Part shown: positions 53,035-64,000 of the stretch, in pieces
Layout of the letters: the number at the start of each line of letters is the position of its first letter
Numbering within the stretch: position 1 is the stretch's first letter
Assembly (NCBI GenBank): GCA_041689615.1
Contig: JBDNFW010000039.1
Coordinates: 104,665-168,664, forward strand
Direction of reading: 5' to 3'
DNA: 64,000 nt
From: Gammaproteobacteria bacterium
Lineage (GTDB): Bacteria > Pseudomonadota > Gammaproteobacteria > Eutrophobiales > Eutrophobiaceae
Made by a program: the position numbers and the translations under genes
The notes under the pieces: generated by a model
The model's database searches: none
What the model was told of the DNA's origin: nothing
What the model saw: only the letters and a program-made list of their open reading frames with translations

Positions 53035-53667
53035 CTATTTCCCGACTATCTCGGACAATTGATCCAAAATAGGTTTGATCGTCGCATTTTTCATCTTCAT
53101 TGCCGCCTTGTTCACAACTAGCCTGGAGCTGATGTCAGCAATGTGTTCAAGGGTTACTAATCCATTCGCTTTTAAAGTATTACCAGTATCAACAAGATCA
53201 ACAATCCAGTCTGATAGCCCTAACACAGGACCTAATTCCATTGAACCATAAAGTTTAATGATCTCTACTTGTTGGCCACGTTCAGCAAAATAATTTTTCG
53301 TGATATTTGTGTATTTAGTGACTACTCGAGGTCTATCCAAAATTGGTTTTGCATTCTTAAGGCCAGCTAACATCATTCGACACTTCGCAATACCTAGGTC
53401 AATTGGTTCGTAAAGACCATCACCGGAATATTCCATCAACACATCTTTGCCAGCAATCCCGAGTTCCGCAGCACCACGTTCAACATAAGTTGGCACATCG
53501 GTAGCACGAATAACAAGCAACTGAATATTAGCCTGATTTGTTTCCAGAACCAGTTTACGCGTTTTATTCGGATCATCTTTTGGCACGATATCCAGCTTAG
53601 CCAGCAACGGCATCGCCTCGTCGTAAATTCGACCTTTGGAAACAGCAATTGTGATCTTGTCCGGCAT
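53035..53667 (-). CDS. hisG: ATP phosphoribosyltransferase, short form (HisZ-dependent)
   Basis: [33 protein letters not shown]; 210 aa. Confidence 0.97.
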   Translation of the reverse strand: MPDKITIAVSKGRIYDEAMPLLAKLDIVPKDDPNKTRKLVLETNQANIQLLVIRATDVPTYVERGAAELGIAGKDVLMEYSGDGLYEPIDLGIAKCRMMLAGLKNAKPILDRPRVVTKYTNITKNYFAERGQQVEIIKLYGSMELGPVLGLSDWIVDLVDTGNTLKANGLVTLEHIADISSRLVVNKAAMKMKNATIKPILDQLSEIVGK

Positions 53668-53774
53668 AATTTCAGTCTGCGTGTGTAAATTGATTATTTT
53701 AATTGGATCAGGATAAGACAGAATACAATAGAATCGGATTGACTGAAAAAGTTTCCTACCGTATTAACCTCTTC

Positions 53775-55040
<1,266 letters not shown>

Positions 55041-55077
55041 TTATCGTTACCTTTATGATGAATCACAATATCGAGAA

Positions 55078-55317
55078 TCAGTTTTGTTTATCCCATTCTT
55101 CCGGGGTATATGTCTGCATAGAGAGTGCATGAATATCTGTGCCCATTTTATCACCCAATGTTTTATAAACCATCTGATGTTGTTGCAGCATTGTCTTGCC
55201 AGCGAATAATTCACTAACAATACGCGCCTGAAAATGCGTGCCATCATCACCTTCCACTAGGATATCGGCACTGGGTAAACCTGTTTCTATGAGTTGTTTA
55301 ATTATTTCCGGGTTCAT
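55078..55317 (-). CDS. ibaG: BolA family protein (IbaG-like)
   Basis: GDDGTHF, FAGK, QQHQMVY, IHALS; directly upstream of murA. Confidence 0.9.
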   Translation of the reverse strand: MNPEIIKQLIETGLPSADILVEGDDGTHFQARIVSELFAGKTMLQQHQMVYKTLGDKMGTDIHALSMQTYTPEEWDKQN

Positions 55318-55445
55318 ATCTGCTGCTCTGTATATTAATTCACCATGATAAAGGAAAGTGGAGCGTTTAGTGATGATTTTTCAGGAAGCCTTAAAGTAAA
55401 CAACCGGGCAGTGCCCGGTTGTTATTGTCTTGTCTGTTATTCTTA

Positions 55446-56078
55446 TTATTTTGTCAGATTGTTTGCCAGATTTTGATTTTTTTTAACAAGTTTTTTAATC
55501 AGTGCGTCAAAGCCTTCTTTCTTTATTTGAGTCGCAAACGATCCTCGATATGTCGACACCAGACTGACACCATCAACAGCAACATCAACTACTTTCCATA
55601 CTTCATTCTTCTGATGCATGCGATAGGCAACAGGAAAAGGTCGAGAGTTTGATGCACTGGTCAACTCGGTCTTAACCACGGCAAGGTTCGAATTCGGATT
55701 TTGTTCCACAGGATGATATTTAACTTCCTGACCAGAATACTCTAATAATGCACGAGCATAAGTTCGGACGAGTAATGTCTTGAACTGTTCAACAAATTCG
55801 TTACGTTGCGTTTCAGTGGCATCTTTCCAGTTTTTGCCAAGCACCCATTTTGACATGCTGACAAAGTCAAAATGCGGAATCACGAGCTCATTCACTAGCT
55901 CATAAACCTGACTTGGATTTGCTTCAAGAGCCGAACGTTGGGTTTCTATTCGATTAATCACACCATTGGATGTTTCCTTAACGACCGCATCAGGTGATTG
56001 AGCTGCAACTGCAAACTGACTTGTGCCTACTAACAAGCATAAGACCAAAAACAGTGAATTTATGACTCTGCCTTCCAT
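55446..56078 (-). CDS. mlaC: Periplasmic lipid-binding protein MlaC/Ttg2D family
   Basis: Signal peptide, VLGKNW, LLVRTY, WKVVDV..DGVSLVSTYR. Confidence 0.9.
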   Translation of the reverse strand: MEGRVINSLFLVLCLLVGTSQFAVAAQSPDAVVKETSNGVINRIETQRSALEANPSQVYELVNELVIPHFDFVSMSKWVLGKNWKDATETQRNEFVEQFKTLLVRTYARALLEYSGQEVKYHPVEQNPNSNLAVVKTELTSASNSRPFPVAYRMHQKNEVWKVVDVAVDGVSLVSTYRGSFATQIKKEGFDALIKKLVKKNQNLANNLTK

Positions 56079-56350
56079 TTTTATACCTCTGAGAGTTTAT
56101 TTGTTTAATCGACCTAATACCGTGCTATGTAGTTCAAAATAAATGCTTATTTCATGCTTTTTCAGGCATTTTATTTTTATTTAATTAAGCAAAAAAGCCC
56201 AGTATTCTGGAGGTCGGTATTGTAATGACAATAGTTGCCAAGAGAAAGCACTTATCATGTGACTTCCTCAACAATTTTGAAATAATTTACCTGTCTTTAA
56301 TGATGGTTTTACTTGAATAATTAGTCACAAGATATTGTTTAGAAAAACTT

Positions 56351-58828
56351 TTAACCAAAAGGTTTCCAAATTAAAATCAATTTTGGCAATAAAGTCAGCG
56401 CCGCAAACAAGGCAATAAACATCGCTAATGCAGTCAATAAGCCAAAATAAATCGTAGGAATAAAATTGGATAGCACCAATATTGAGAAGCCAATAATAAT
56501 GGTAATGGCGGTATAGAAAACAGCCTTGCCAATATTGGCATGACAATAATACATGGTTCTGACGTAATCGTGCGTCTGCGAAAATTCTTCACGAAATCGA
56601 TAGATATAATGAATACTATTATCAACCGCGATACCGATTGTTATTGCTGCAATGGTAATCGTCATCATATCCAGAGGAATTCTTAAGAGTCCCATTAAAC
56701 CCAGAATAATGGCTGCCGCCAACACATTTGGCACAATACCAATGATGGCAAGAGGAATAGAGCGAAACAGAATCACTAGCATCAAGGCAATGCCAGCCAT
56801 AACCACTCCCAGAGTTAAGATTTGCGACTTAAACAAGCTCTGTAACATATTGTTATAGAGAACAAGAATACCCGTAATTTGAATCTTGTCCTCGGTCAGA
56901 TTAACTTTCTCAACCAGATCTTTCTTAATCTGCTCAAGTAACTCTTTTCTCCTTAAGTCTTTAAGCGAATCGAGAATGCGAATATTAATTCGCGCTTCAT
57001 TGTTCTCTTCAGAAATATAAGGCGTAATCATGCTTTCTTTTAATTCTTCAGGCATACGTTTACTAACAATAGCTAACTCAAACGCGTCAAATTCGCCTTC
57101 GTTTATCTCTTCACCAACACGAATAATGGAAGCAAGTGATAGCACTTTCCCGACTGCCGGTAGTGAATCAAGATAATCATGAACTTGTTTGATCGTGTCC
57201 ATGCGTTCAGGCGTATACCAACTATCTTGCTGTTCATCTCCAAAACCACCAAACAGAACATCCATATCTTCAAAATCATCTTCGTCCTCGCCTTCTTCTG
57301 CCAGCTCTTCTGGCGCCTCTTCAAGATTCAACACAATATCCAGAGGTGTTGTACCACCCAATTTTTCATCAATTAAGCGTAAGCCCTGATAAATCTCAGT
57401 ATCTTCGCTAAAGTAATTAATAAAACTGTTTTCAACTTCCAGACGAGTAATGCCATATGCACTGACTGCGGCAAGAATAAACGTCAATATCAAAACTTTA
57501 TTACCATGGTGCTCAGTTAGTTCCGCCAGTTTAGGTGTAAATTGGAACTCGTCTCTCGGGTTTACCTTTTCGGACGTTTTTGGCAGTAAAACTAACAGGG
57601 CTGGAAATAGAATAAACGAAGTCAGGAAAGTAACACTTAAACCTATGGTCATCATCCAACCAAAATCAATAACCGGTTTTATGCCACTCACCACTAAAGA
57701 GCTGAATGCCATAATGGTTGTTAATGCCGTATAAAAACAGGGCCAAACCATTTTGCAGGCAGTTGTTAATACCAACTCGTGCTGCGTGTAGGCAGGATAG
57801 TCATTACATAGTTGCCGATAACGAACGATTAGATGTACGTTCATAGACATGGTAATGATCAACATCAACGAAATAAAGTTTGAAGAAATGACGGTAACGT
57901 TCCAACCAACCAGACCGAGTAAACCAATCATTAATAAGCCCGCATAAAAACAACTTAATAAAGGCAGTAATACCCATCTAAGCTTTCGGAAAATAATGGT
58001 TAGCATGCCAACGAGAAAAAGAAAAACACCGACACCAAATATAATTAGATCATTTTTTATAAACGTGATCATATCGTCAGCAATCATCGGCACACCGCCT
58101 AAATATAAGGTCCCATATTGCTGATATCTCGAAATAATTTCTCGTATCGTTTTTATGTTCTGATGATTAATATGATCTATTTCTTTTTTCTGCGCTGTAT
58201 ATTCAACAATGATTGAATCAATCTTTGACTGTTCATCACTATTCAAGCCTTCAGTGTTAGCCTTAAACAGCAGATGATTTCTTTCTCGCTGTAAATCACG
58301 AAATGCTTTTTGATCTTTTATATTGACTTGTAATGCAGTGGTAGTGCCGTCTTCGCTAATAATTAATTCTTTATAGATAGGACTAGTTAATAACTCATGT
58401 CTGGCTTTATCTATATCTACCTCACCGCCTTCTATCGTTCGTACATTTTCAGCAACGTCTGAAAGGGAGCCTTCTACTTGCCTAACAAGAGGAACATCAA
58501 CCAGACTAATGACTGAATCGACAGGCTCCAATGCACGTAATTCATCACGAAGATTGGTAATTTGTGCGATTGAATTTTCAGAAAAAAGGTCTTCGTTGGG
58601 GGAAAAAGTAACGAACAGGAATTCTTTGGTGGCATATCGATCCTGCGTTTCTCGAAATATTTTAAGATCCGCATCATCATCCAGCAGCAATGAATCTGCT
58701 GAAGCGTCAAGTTTGAAATCCCGTGTGTGGACAGCAAAAAAAGCCAGAATAGCTGCCATTAATAAGCAAACCACTATGGGTTTCTTTAAAACTGTGGCTA
58801 CGTAAATTTTTTTTATTTGTTCTATCAC
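56351..58828 (-). CDS. MMPL/RND superfamily transporter
   Basis: Two TM bundles with large periplasmic loops; GGVPMIADDM, GIAVDNSIH, FIPTIYFG. Confidence 0.9.
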   Translation of the reverse strand: MIEQIKKIYVATVLKKPIVVCLLMAAILAFFAVHTRDFKLDASADSLLLDDDADLKIFRETQDRYATKEFLFVTFSPNEDLFSENSIAQITNLRDELRALEPVDSVISLVDVPLVRQVEGSLSDVAENVRTIEGGEVDIDKARHELLTSPIYKELIISEDGTTTALQVNIKDQKAFRDLQRERNHLLFKANTEGLNSDEQSKIDSIIVEYTAQKKEIDHINHQNIKTIREIISRYQQYGTLYLGGVPMIADDMITFIKNDLIIFGVGVFLFLVGMLTIIFRKLRWVLLPLLSCFYAGLLMIGLLGLVGWNVTVISSNFISLMLIITMSMNVHLIVRYRQLCNDYPAYTQHELVLTTACKMVWPCFYTALTTIMAFSSLVVSGIKPVIDFGWMMTIGLSVTFLTSFILFPALLVLLPKTSEKVNPRDEFQFTPKLAELTEHHGNKVLILTFILAAVSAYGITRLEVENSFINYFSEDTEIYQGLRLIDEKLGGTTPLDIVLNLEEAPEELAEEGEDEDDFEDMDVLFGGFGDEQQDSWYTPERMDTIKQVHDYLDSLPAVGKVLSLASIIRVGEEINEGEFDAFELAIVSKRMPEELKESMITPYISEENNEARINIRILDSLKDLRRKELLEQIKKDLVEKVNLTEDKIQITGILVLYNNMLQSLFKSQILTLGVVMAGIALMLVILFRSIPLAIIGIVPNVLAAAIILGLMGLLRIPLDMMTITIAAITIGIAVDNSIHYIYRFREEFSQTHDYVRTMYYCHANIGKAVFYTAITIIIGFSILVLSNFIPTIYFGLLTALAMFIALFAALTLLPKLILIWKPFG

Positions 58829-58940
58829 GTTTTATTGCACTTACAATTTATAGTCAAAAACCAGCAAGATGTCCTATAACGAGACAGCCGCATTAAATTT
58901 TTTAGGGAAAACGAATCGTGGTTAAGTAATTATTTTTAGA

Positions 58941-59324
58941 TCATTTGTCTTCCAATAACTCAACCTTGTAACCATCAGGATCTTCGACAAAGGCAAGAAT
59001 CAAATCACCGCCCTGCATAGGTCCTGCTTCTCTAACAACCTTACCGCCCATTTCTTTTATTTTGTCACAAGTCTTATATACATCGTCAACACCAATCGCG
59101 ATATGCCCATATCCGCTACCCAAATCATAAGATTCGGTGTCCCAATTGTGGGTTAATTCGATTACTGCGGTATCTGATTCATCACCATAACCGACAAACG
59201 CCAGTGTAAACTTATGTTCCGGGTAATCGTGCTTTCTTAACAATTTCATTCCCATAATATCTGTATAGAAATGTAATGATTTTTCCAGATTCCCTACTCT
59301 TAACATCGTGTGCAAAACTCGCAT
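58941..59324 (-). CDS. gloA: Lactoylglutathione lyase (glyoxalase I)
   Basis: [33 protein letters not shown]. Confidence 0.97.
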   Translation of the reverse strand: MRVLHTMLRVGNLEKSLHFYTDIMGMKLLRKHDYPEHKFTLAFVGYGDESDTAVIELTHNWDTESYDLGSGYGHIAIGVDDVYKTCDKIKEMGGKVVREAGPMQGGDLILAFVEDPDGYKVELLEDK

Positions 59325-59342
59325 TTGATCCCCCTGATCCGA

Positions 59343-59945
59343 CTAATTCGCAGGCAATATAATACTGCTATCTATAATTTTTTGTATTGTTTCTGCAAAT
59401 AAAAGGTGTTCAACCTTCAAAACCTTTGCTGCCAACGATTCTGGTGTGTCCTCTGCCGAGACAGCAACAGTTCGTTGCGCCAATATAGCACCTTTATCGT
59501 ATTCTTCATCAACCAAATGGATGGTCACACCCGTCTCTTTTTCACCAGCCTCAATGACAGCTTTATGCACGTTCAAGCCAAACATGCCCTGACCGCCAAA
59601 TTTTGGCAATAACGACGGATGGATATTAATAATTCTTCCTTTATAAGCCGCTAATGTTTTTGGCCCTATCTTTTTCATAAAACCGGCTAACAAAACAAAA
59701 TCAATATTATAACTATCAAACAAGGCCATCATCGTAGTATCTAGAATATCAGCTTCAGGATGCATACGTGAACTCAAATGAGCCGTACTAATATTTTTTT
59801 CCTGGGCCAAGATCAAAGCCAGAGAATCAGCATTATTACTAATAACCAACTCAACACTAGCTACAATCTTTCCCTGCTCGCAGGCATCAATAATCGCTAT
59901 CATATTGCTACCGCGGCCGGATACCAGTATTGCCAGTTTTTTCAT
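59343..59945 (-). CDS. purN: Phosphoribosylglycinamide formyltransferase
   Basis: SGRGSN, LAGFM, INIHPSLLP, YDKG. Confidence 0.95.
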   Translation of the reverse strand: MKKLAILVSGRGSNMIAIIDACEQGKIVASVELVISNNADSLALILAQEKNISTAHLSSRMHPEADILDTTMMALFDSYNIDFVLLAGFMKKIGPKTLAAYKGRIINIHPSLLPKFGGQGMFGLNVHKAVIEAGEKETGVTIHLVDEEYDKGAILAQRTVAVSAEDTPESLAAKVLKVEHLLFAETIQKIIDSSIILPAN

Positions 59946-61075
59946 ATTACCTCTACTATGAAACCCAATTGCTTTAATTGTTGTTTGGACTCGCCACTCA
60001 TTCTGGTTGTTTGGATAATTCTGTTTGGAAATTCACGTCTTATTGGATAATTCTTTCTCAAACTATCGAAGTATGCCGCACGTTTTTCTACTTCCATGTC
60101 GGTTAAATTCGTCAATGAAATAGCGTCACTTCTGACATCATAACTCTGCAATACCGCAAGTTGAATGGCATCGTCATCAATAGTCACTGTTTCCTGCTCT
60201 GATTTTAATAAATCAGCCTTATGCAAGCCTTTGCTTAAATAACCATTAAGCGCATCAGATAACATCTGTGTCGCCTTGAGCTTGCCATCATAACTATATC
60301 CGGCAATATGTGGTGTCGCGATGAATGTTTTCTGTAATAAATTAATATTTATATCCGGCTCGTTACACCAGACATCGAGAATTAATGTTGCAGCGGAATT
60401 TGCTTGCTTGAATGCCAACAACGCAACTTCATCAACTACTCCTCCACGAGATGTATTCACAAAAATCACATCCGGCTTTAACTTATCCAGAAAAACCTTA
60501 TTCACTAACTTTCTCGTAGGAAACTCACCATCCGTTGTTAAAGGCACATGTAATGTAATGATGTCGGCTTGCAAAATTTCTTCGAATTCAACGTAAATAT
60601 GATCTGAAGTTCTACTGGCAAGCGGCGGATCATTTAATAAACATTTAACACCGAGTGCCTCCATAAAAAGTTTGACTCTGGAACCCACCTGGCCATAACC
60701 GATAATACCAATAGTTTTTTCTGCTAGATCAAAGTCCTGTTGTTCAGCCGTGACTAACAAACTACTTAAAACGTATTCGGCAACAGAACGCGCATTACTG
60801 CCCAAAGCATGAGAAAAAGTGATATTGGATTTTTGCAGATAGTCGATATCGATGTGGTCGATACCACTGGTAGCAGAACCGACAAACGCAATTTTGGAAT
60901 TTTTTAATAGCGATTCATTAACTTTCGTCACTGATCGAACTAAAAGAACATCTGCATCTTTGATCAGTTGATGATCAATAGAACGACCATCAACTAATTG
61001 AACTTCACCAAAGCTTGAAAATGTTTCCTTAGCTAAAAGGATTTGCTGATCTGCAACTATTGATAATGAAAACAC
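59942..61075 (-). CDS. pdxB: 4-phosphoerythronate dehydrogenase
   Basis: LVRSVTKV, GIIGYGQVG, LHVPL, TPHIAGYSYDGK, LRKNYPIRRE. Confidence 0.95.
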   Translation of the reverse strand: MFSLSIVADQQILLAKETFSSFGEVQLVDGRSIDHQLIKDADVLLVRSVTKVNESLLKNSKIAFVGSATSGIDHIDIDYLQKSNITFSHALGSNARSVAEYVLSSLLVTAEQQDFDLAEKTIGIIGYGQVGSRVKLFMEALGVKCLLNDPPLASRTSDHIYVEFEEILQADIITLHVPLTTDGEFPTRKLVNKVFLDKLKPDVIFVNTSRGGVVDEVALLAFKQANSAATLILDVWCNEPDININLLQKTFIATPHIAGYSYDGKLKATQMLSDALNGYLSKGLHKADLLKSEQETVTIDDDAIQLAVLQSYDVRSDAISLTNLTDMEVEKRAAYFDSLRKNYPIRREFPNRIIQTTRMSGESKQQLKQLGFIVEVI

Positions 61076-61102
61076 TATCCTGGTGCAGCATCAGCACATG
61101 CC

Positions 61103-62044
61103 TTAAGGCATGTTATCAAGCTCAGCACCTTCTTTCTGTACTGGCATCAAATCTTCTTTAGAAATTCCCAATGCAAGAGTTACTGGACTAGCCGTATAGA
61201 TTGACGAGTAAGTTCCAACGATGATGCCTGTAATTAAAGCTATCGCAAAACCAGTGATCGTTTCACCACCTAAAATAAGTAGTGCAACCAATACCAACAA
61301 GGTGGTTAAACCCGTCACAATAGTTCTACTTAATGTTTGGTTTAGTGAAATATTGAATACTTCAACTGGTGTTGTTTCACGTAGCTTATGAAAATTTTCA
61401 CGCACTCGGTCAAAAACAACGATGGTGTCGTTTAACGAGTAACCAACTACCGCCAGTAACGCAGCCAAAACCGACAGATCAAAATCATATTGTGTAATAG
61501 AAAAGAAGCCCAAAGTGATCAATACGTCATGAATCAACGCAACTATAGCGCCAATGGAGAAACGCATCTGAAATCGCATTGCCACATACAACATGATCAT
61601 GGCCAAAGCCACTAACATAGCAATGCCACCATCATTCTTTAATTCTTTACCGACTTGTGGTCCGACAAATTCTATACGACGCATCTCAATATTCTGACCG
61701 GTGTCAGAAAGTACACTTAAGATCTTGTTGCTGATATCAGCATTATTTAAACCTTCACTTGGCGGTATACGAATTAAAACATCATTGGCTGCACCAAAGT
61801 ATTGAACAACACCATTTTTGAACTCTGAATTAGTTAACGCATTACGGACCTGCGTAAGGTCTACTGACTCTGAATAACCAACTTCAACCAATGTCCCGCC
61901 GGTAAAATCAATACCTAAATTCAGACCCTGAATCGCTAATGAAGCGATAGAAGCAATAATAAGTAAACCGGAAAGAAGTGTGGCTATCTTCCGTTTTCCC
62001 ATAAAGTCGAAATTAAATCGTTTGTCTTGCGTTTCCATAATCAC
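61103..62044 (-). CDS. secF: Protein translocase subunit SecF
   Basis: GIDFTGG, EFVGPQVG, GYSLNDTIVVFDRVRE. Confidence 0.98.
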   Translation of the reverse strand: MIMETQDKRFNFDFMGKRKIATLLSGLLIIASIASLAIQGLNLGIDFTGGTLVEVGYSESVDLTQVRNALTNSEFKNGVVQYFGAANDVLIRIPPSEGLNNADISNKILSVLSDTGQNIEMRRIEFVGPQVGKELKNDGGIAMLVALAMIMLYVAMRFQMRFSIGAIVALIHDVLITLGFFSITQYDFDLSVLAALLAVVGYSLNDTIVVFDRVRENFHKLRETTPVEVFNISLNQTLSRTIVTGLTTLLVLVALLILGGETITGFAIALITGIIVGTYSSIYTASPVTLALGISKEDLMPVQKEGAELDNMP

Positions 62045-62063
62045 TATCTCTGTTTAGATCTTT

Positions 62064-63923
62064 TTATATTATTAATTTTTTGAGGCGACGTCCGCCATAA
62101 ATCAAATTAACCAATCCGCGTGTCACCATAATTGCTGTAAACATTGAAGAAATAATACCTAACGATAATGTCACAGCAAAACCCTTAATCGGGCCAGTAC
62201 CAAAACTGAATAAGACTAATCCAGCAATTAAAGTTGTAATATTTGCGTCAGCAATCGTTGAGAATGCTTTTTCATAACCAGCATGAATGCTTGCTTGCGG
62301 AGAATTACCGTTACGAATCTCTTCTCGTATACGTTCAAAAATCAATACGTTTGCATCAACTGCCATACCAACAGTTAACACGATACCGGCAATACCTGGC
62401 AAAGTTAACGTTGCTTGCAATAGTGATAACATCGCAACAATCAAAACAAGGTTTAATGCTAGTGCGACATTGGCAATCAAACCAAAGACCTTGTAGTAAA
62501 CTGCCATGAAAATAAGCACCAAGATGAAACCAATCTTCACTGAATCAAAACCTTTACTAATATTATCCTGACCGAGGCTTGGACCAACGGTACGTTCTTC
62601 AATAATGTAGATAGGTGCTGCTAAAGCACCGGCACGTAATAACAAAGCTAACGTACGCGCTTCTTTAGTTGAATCAAGACCGGTGATATGAAAACGTTTA
62701 CCCAGTTGTTCTTGAATCACTGCCGAATTAATCACTTCTTCAACAATTGTTTTTTCCTGAACCAACTTCCCATCTTTTTCAACGGTTTCTATTTTATTTT
62801 CGATAAAAACAACCGCGAGTCGTTTACCAACATTATCACGAGTACCGTGACTCATTCTTTTTGCACCGCGACCATCAAGCGTAATGGTAACATCAGGTCC
62901 GCCATTTAAAGAATCAATACCCGAAGCCGCATCAATAATAAAATCACCGGTTAACATCACTTCCTTATCTAACAAGATAGGAAAACCACTGCGTTCTTTA
63001 TAAAGCTTGGAACCCGCTGGCACACGACCATCAACTGCATCTTGCGCATCATGATCTTCATCAACCAATCTAAATTCCAGTGTTGCCGTTGCACCCAGAA
63101 TATTTTTTGCTTTCGCCGTATCCTGAACACCCGGTAATTGAACAACAACACGACTCAATCCTTGTTGTTGTATCACGGGTTCAGCTACACCTAATTCATT
63201 CACACGCTTTCTGAGCGTCGTAATGTTCTGTTGCAATGCCAGTTTTTGCGTATCTAGTACCACTTGTTCTTTCATGACCGCAGCTAACTGAGGTTCATCA
63301 CTACTCGAATCCGGAACAGTTACGTCCAGATCAGGAAAGTTTTTATCAATTAATTTTTCGCCGCTGTCACGTTCGTCTGCATCTTTAAAACGGATTAATA
63401 ATCCACCTTCTTTGTTAAGAGTAATAGTCTTATAGCGAATTTTATTTTCGCGCATCTGACTACGTAAATCAGACATATAGGCTTCGTTAGCCTTGGCTAC
63501 AGCCGCTTCCATATCGACTTCCATAAGGAAGTGAACACCACCTCGAAGATCAAGACCAAGAAACATCGGCTCAGCGCCAAACTTGGCTAGCCACTCAGGT
63601 GTTGCTGGAGCTAAGTTAATAGCAACAACATAATTATTACCCAACGATTTTTTGACAACCGATTGTGCTTTTAACTGAGTATCTTCATCATTAAATCTGA
63701 TAATCAGACTTTCATTAACAAGGGATGTTGATTTAAATGTTATCCCTGCTTCTTCCAGCGCATTACTGACTTGGAATTCGGTTAACTCACTAATTTCAAC
63801 TGAGCGAGCAGAAGAAACTTGTAATGCGGGATCTTTGCCATAGATATTTGGCAGTGCAAACAAAACACCCATACCTAACAGAAATAGAATTAGTATGTAT
63901 TTCCAGATGGAATAACGATTCAT
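62064..63923 (-). CDS. secD: Protein translocase subunit SecD
   Basis: LGLDLRGG, GVAEP, VGPSLG, GMAVDANVLIFERIREE. Confidence 0.98.
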   Translation of the reverse strand: MNRYSIWKYILILFLLGMGVLFALPNIYGKDPALQVSSARSVEISELTEFQVSNALEEAGITFKSTSLVNESLIIRFNDEDTQLKAQSVVKKSLGNNYVVAINLAPATPEWLAKFGAEPMFLGLDLRGGVHFLMEVDMEAAVAKANEAYMSDLRSQMRENKIRYKTITLNKEGGLLIRFKDADERDSGEKLIDKNFPDLDVTVPDSSSDEPQLAAVMKEQVVLDTQKLALQQNITTLRKRVNELGVAEPVIQQQGLSRVVVQLPGVQDTAKAKNILGATATLEFRLVDEDHDAQDAVDGRVPAGSKLYKERSGFPILLDKEVMLTGDFIIDAASGIDSLNGGPDVTITLDGRGAKRMSHGTRDNVGKRLAVVFIENKIETVEKDGKLVQEKTIVEEVINSAVIQEQLGKRFHITGLDSTKEARTLALLLRAGALAAPIYIIEERTVGPSLGQDNISKGFDSVKIGFILVLIFMAVYYKVFGLIANVALALNLVLIVAMLSLLQATLTLPGIAGIVLTVGMAVDANVLIFERIREEIRNGNSPQASIHAGYEKAFSTIADANITTLIAGLVLFSFGTGPIKGFAVTLSLGIISSMFTAIMVTRGLVNLIYGGRRLKKLII

Positions 63924-63964
63924 GACCTTAGCCTACTTATTTATTTGATTTATTATGTGTAACG

Positions 63965-64000
63965 TTAGAGTGTTTTCAATGTGCCTTTCGGCAATATCGC
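63965..64000 (-). CDS. yajC: YajC, C-terminal fragment at window edge
   Basis: Minus strand reads AILPKGTLKTL*; directly upstream of secD. Confidence 0.8.
   Translation of the reverse strand, partial: AILPKGTLKTL

Noticed and set aside
56120-56131. 12-mer CCGTGCTATGTA identical to the core of the 237-bp element (19220-19231), in the mlaC/MMPL spacer
   Set aside because: The complementary ACATAGC arm and the TIRs are absent; a 12-nt match to some part of a 237-bp query is expected by chance in 64 kb.

Overview
AT-rich gammaproteobacterial chromosomal segment, mostly conserved housekeeping genes. It contains secA (truncated at the left edge), an M23 peptidase, dciA and the complete dcw cell-division/peptidoglycan operon (mraZ to lpxC). 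An accessory patch surrounds rnpB: SEL1 protein, YtoQ, MscS, HigBA toxin-antitoxin, rsgA, a frameshifted Ser/Thr kinase-HDOD gene, and a FAD-oxidoreductase/methyltransferase fusion with a partner gene. After that come rsmI-lpoA-yraN-diaA-dolP, YyaL, rapA, a frameshifted REC-GGDEF-EAL gene, sspAB, petABC, degS, hisCDG, murA, bolA, mlaC with an MMPL transporter, gloA, purN, pdxB, secFD and the end of yajC. The most unusual signal is two unrelated long-hairpin, MITE/ERIC-like inserts (161 bp and 237 bp) in translation-initiation junctions of the essential dcw operon (murC/murB and ftsI/murE). Each is spanned by a stop-free ORF whose stop overlaps the next gene's start codon, so translational coupling could be preserved. 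All 20 transition mismatches in their stems form G-U pairs only on the strand antisense to the dcw mRNA. Also notable: an 88-bp direct repeat of the rsgA 5' end flanks the kinase gene, and rsgA appears to start at ATT. All calls are from motif reading and synteny; no database searches were run.
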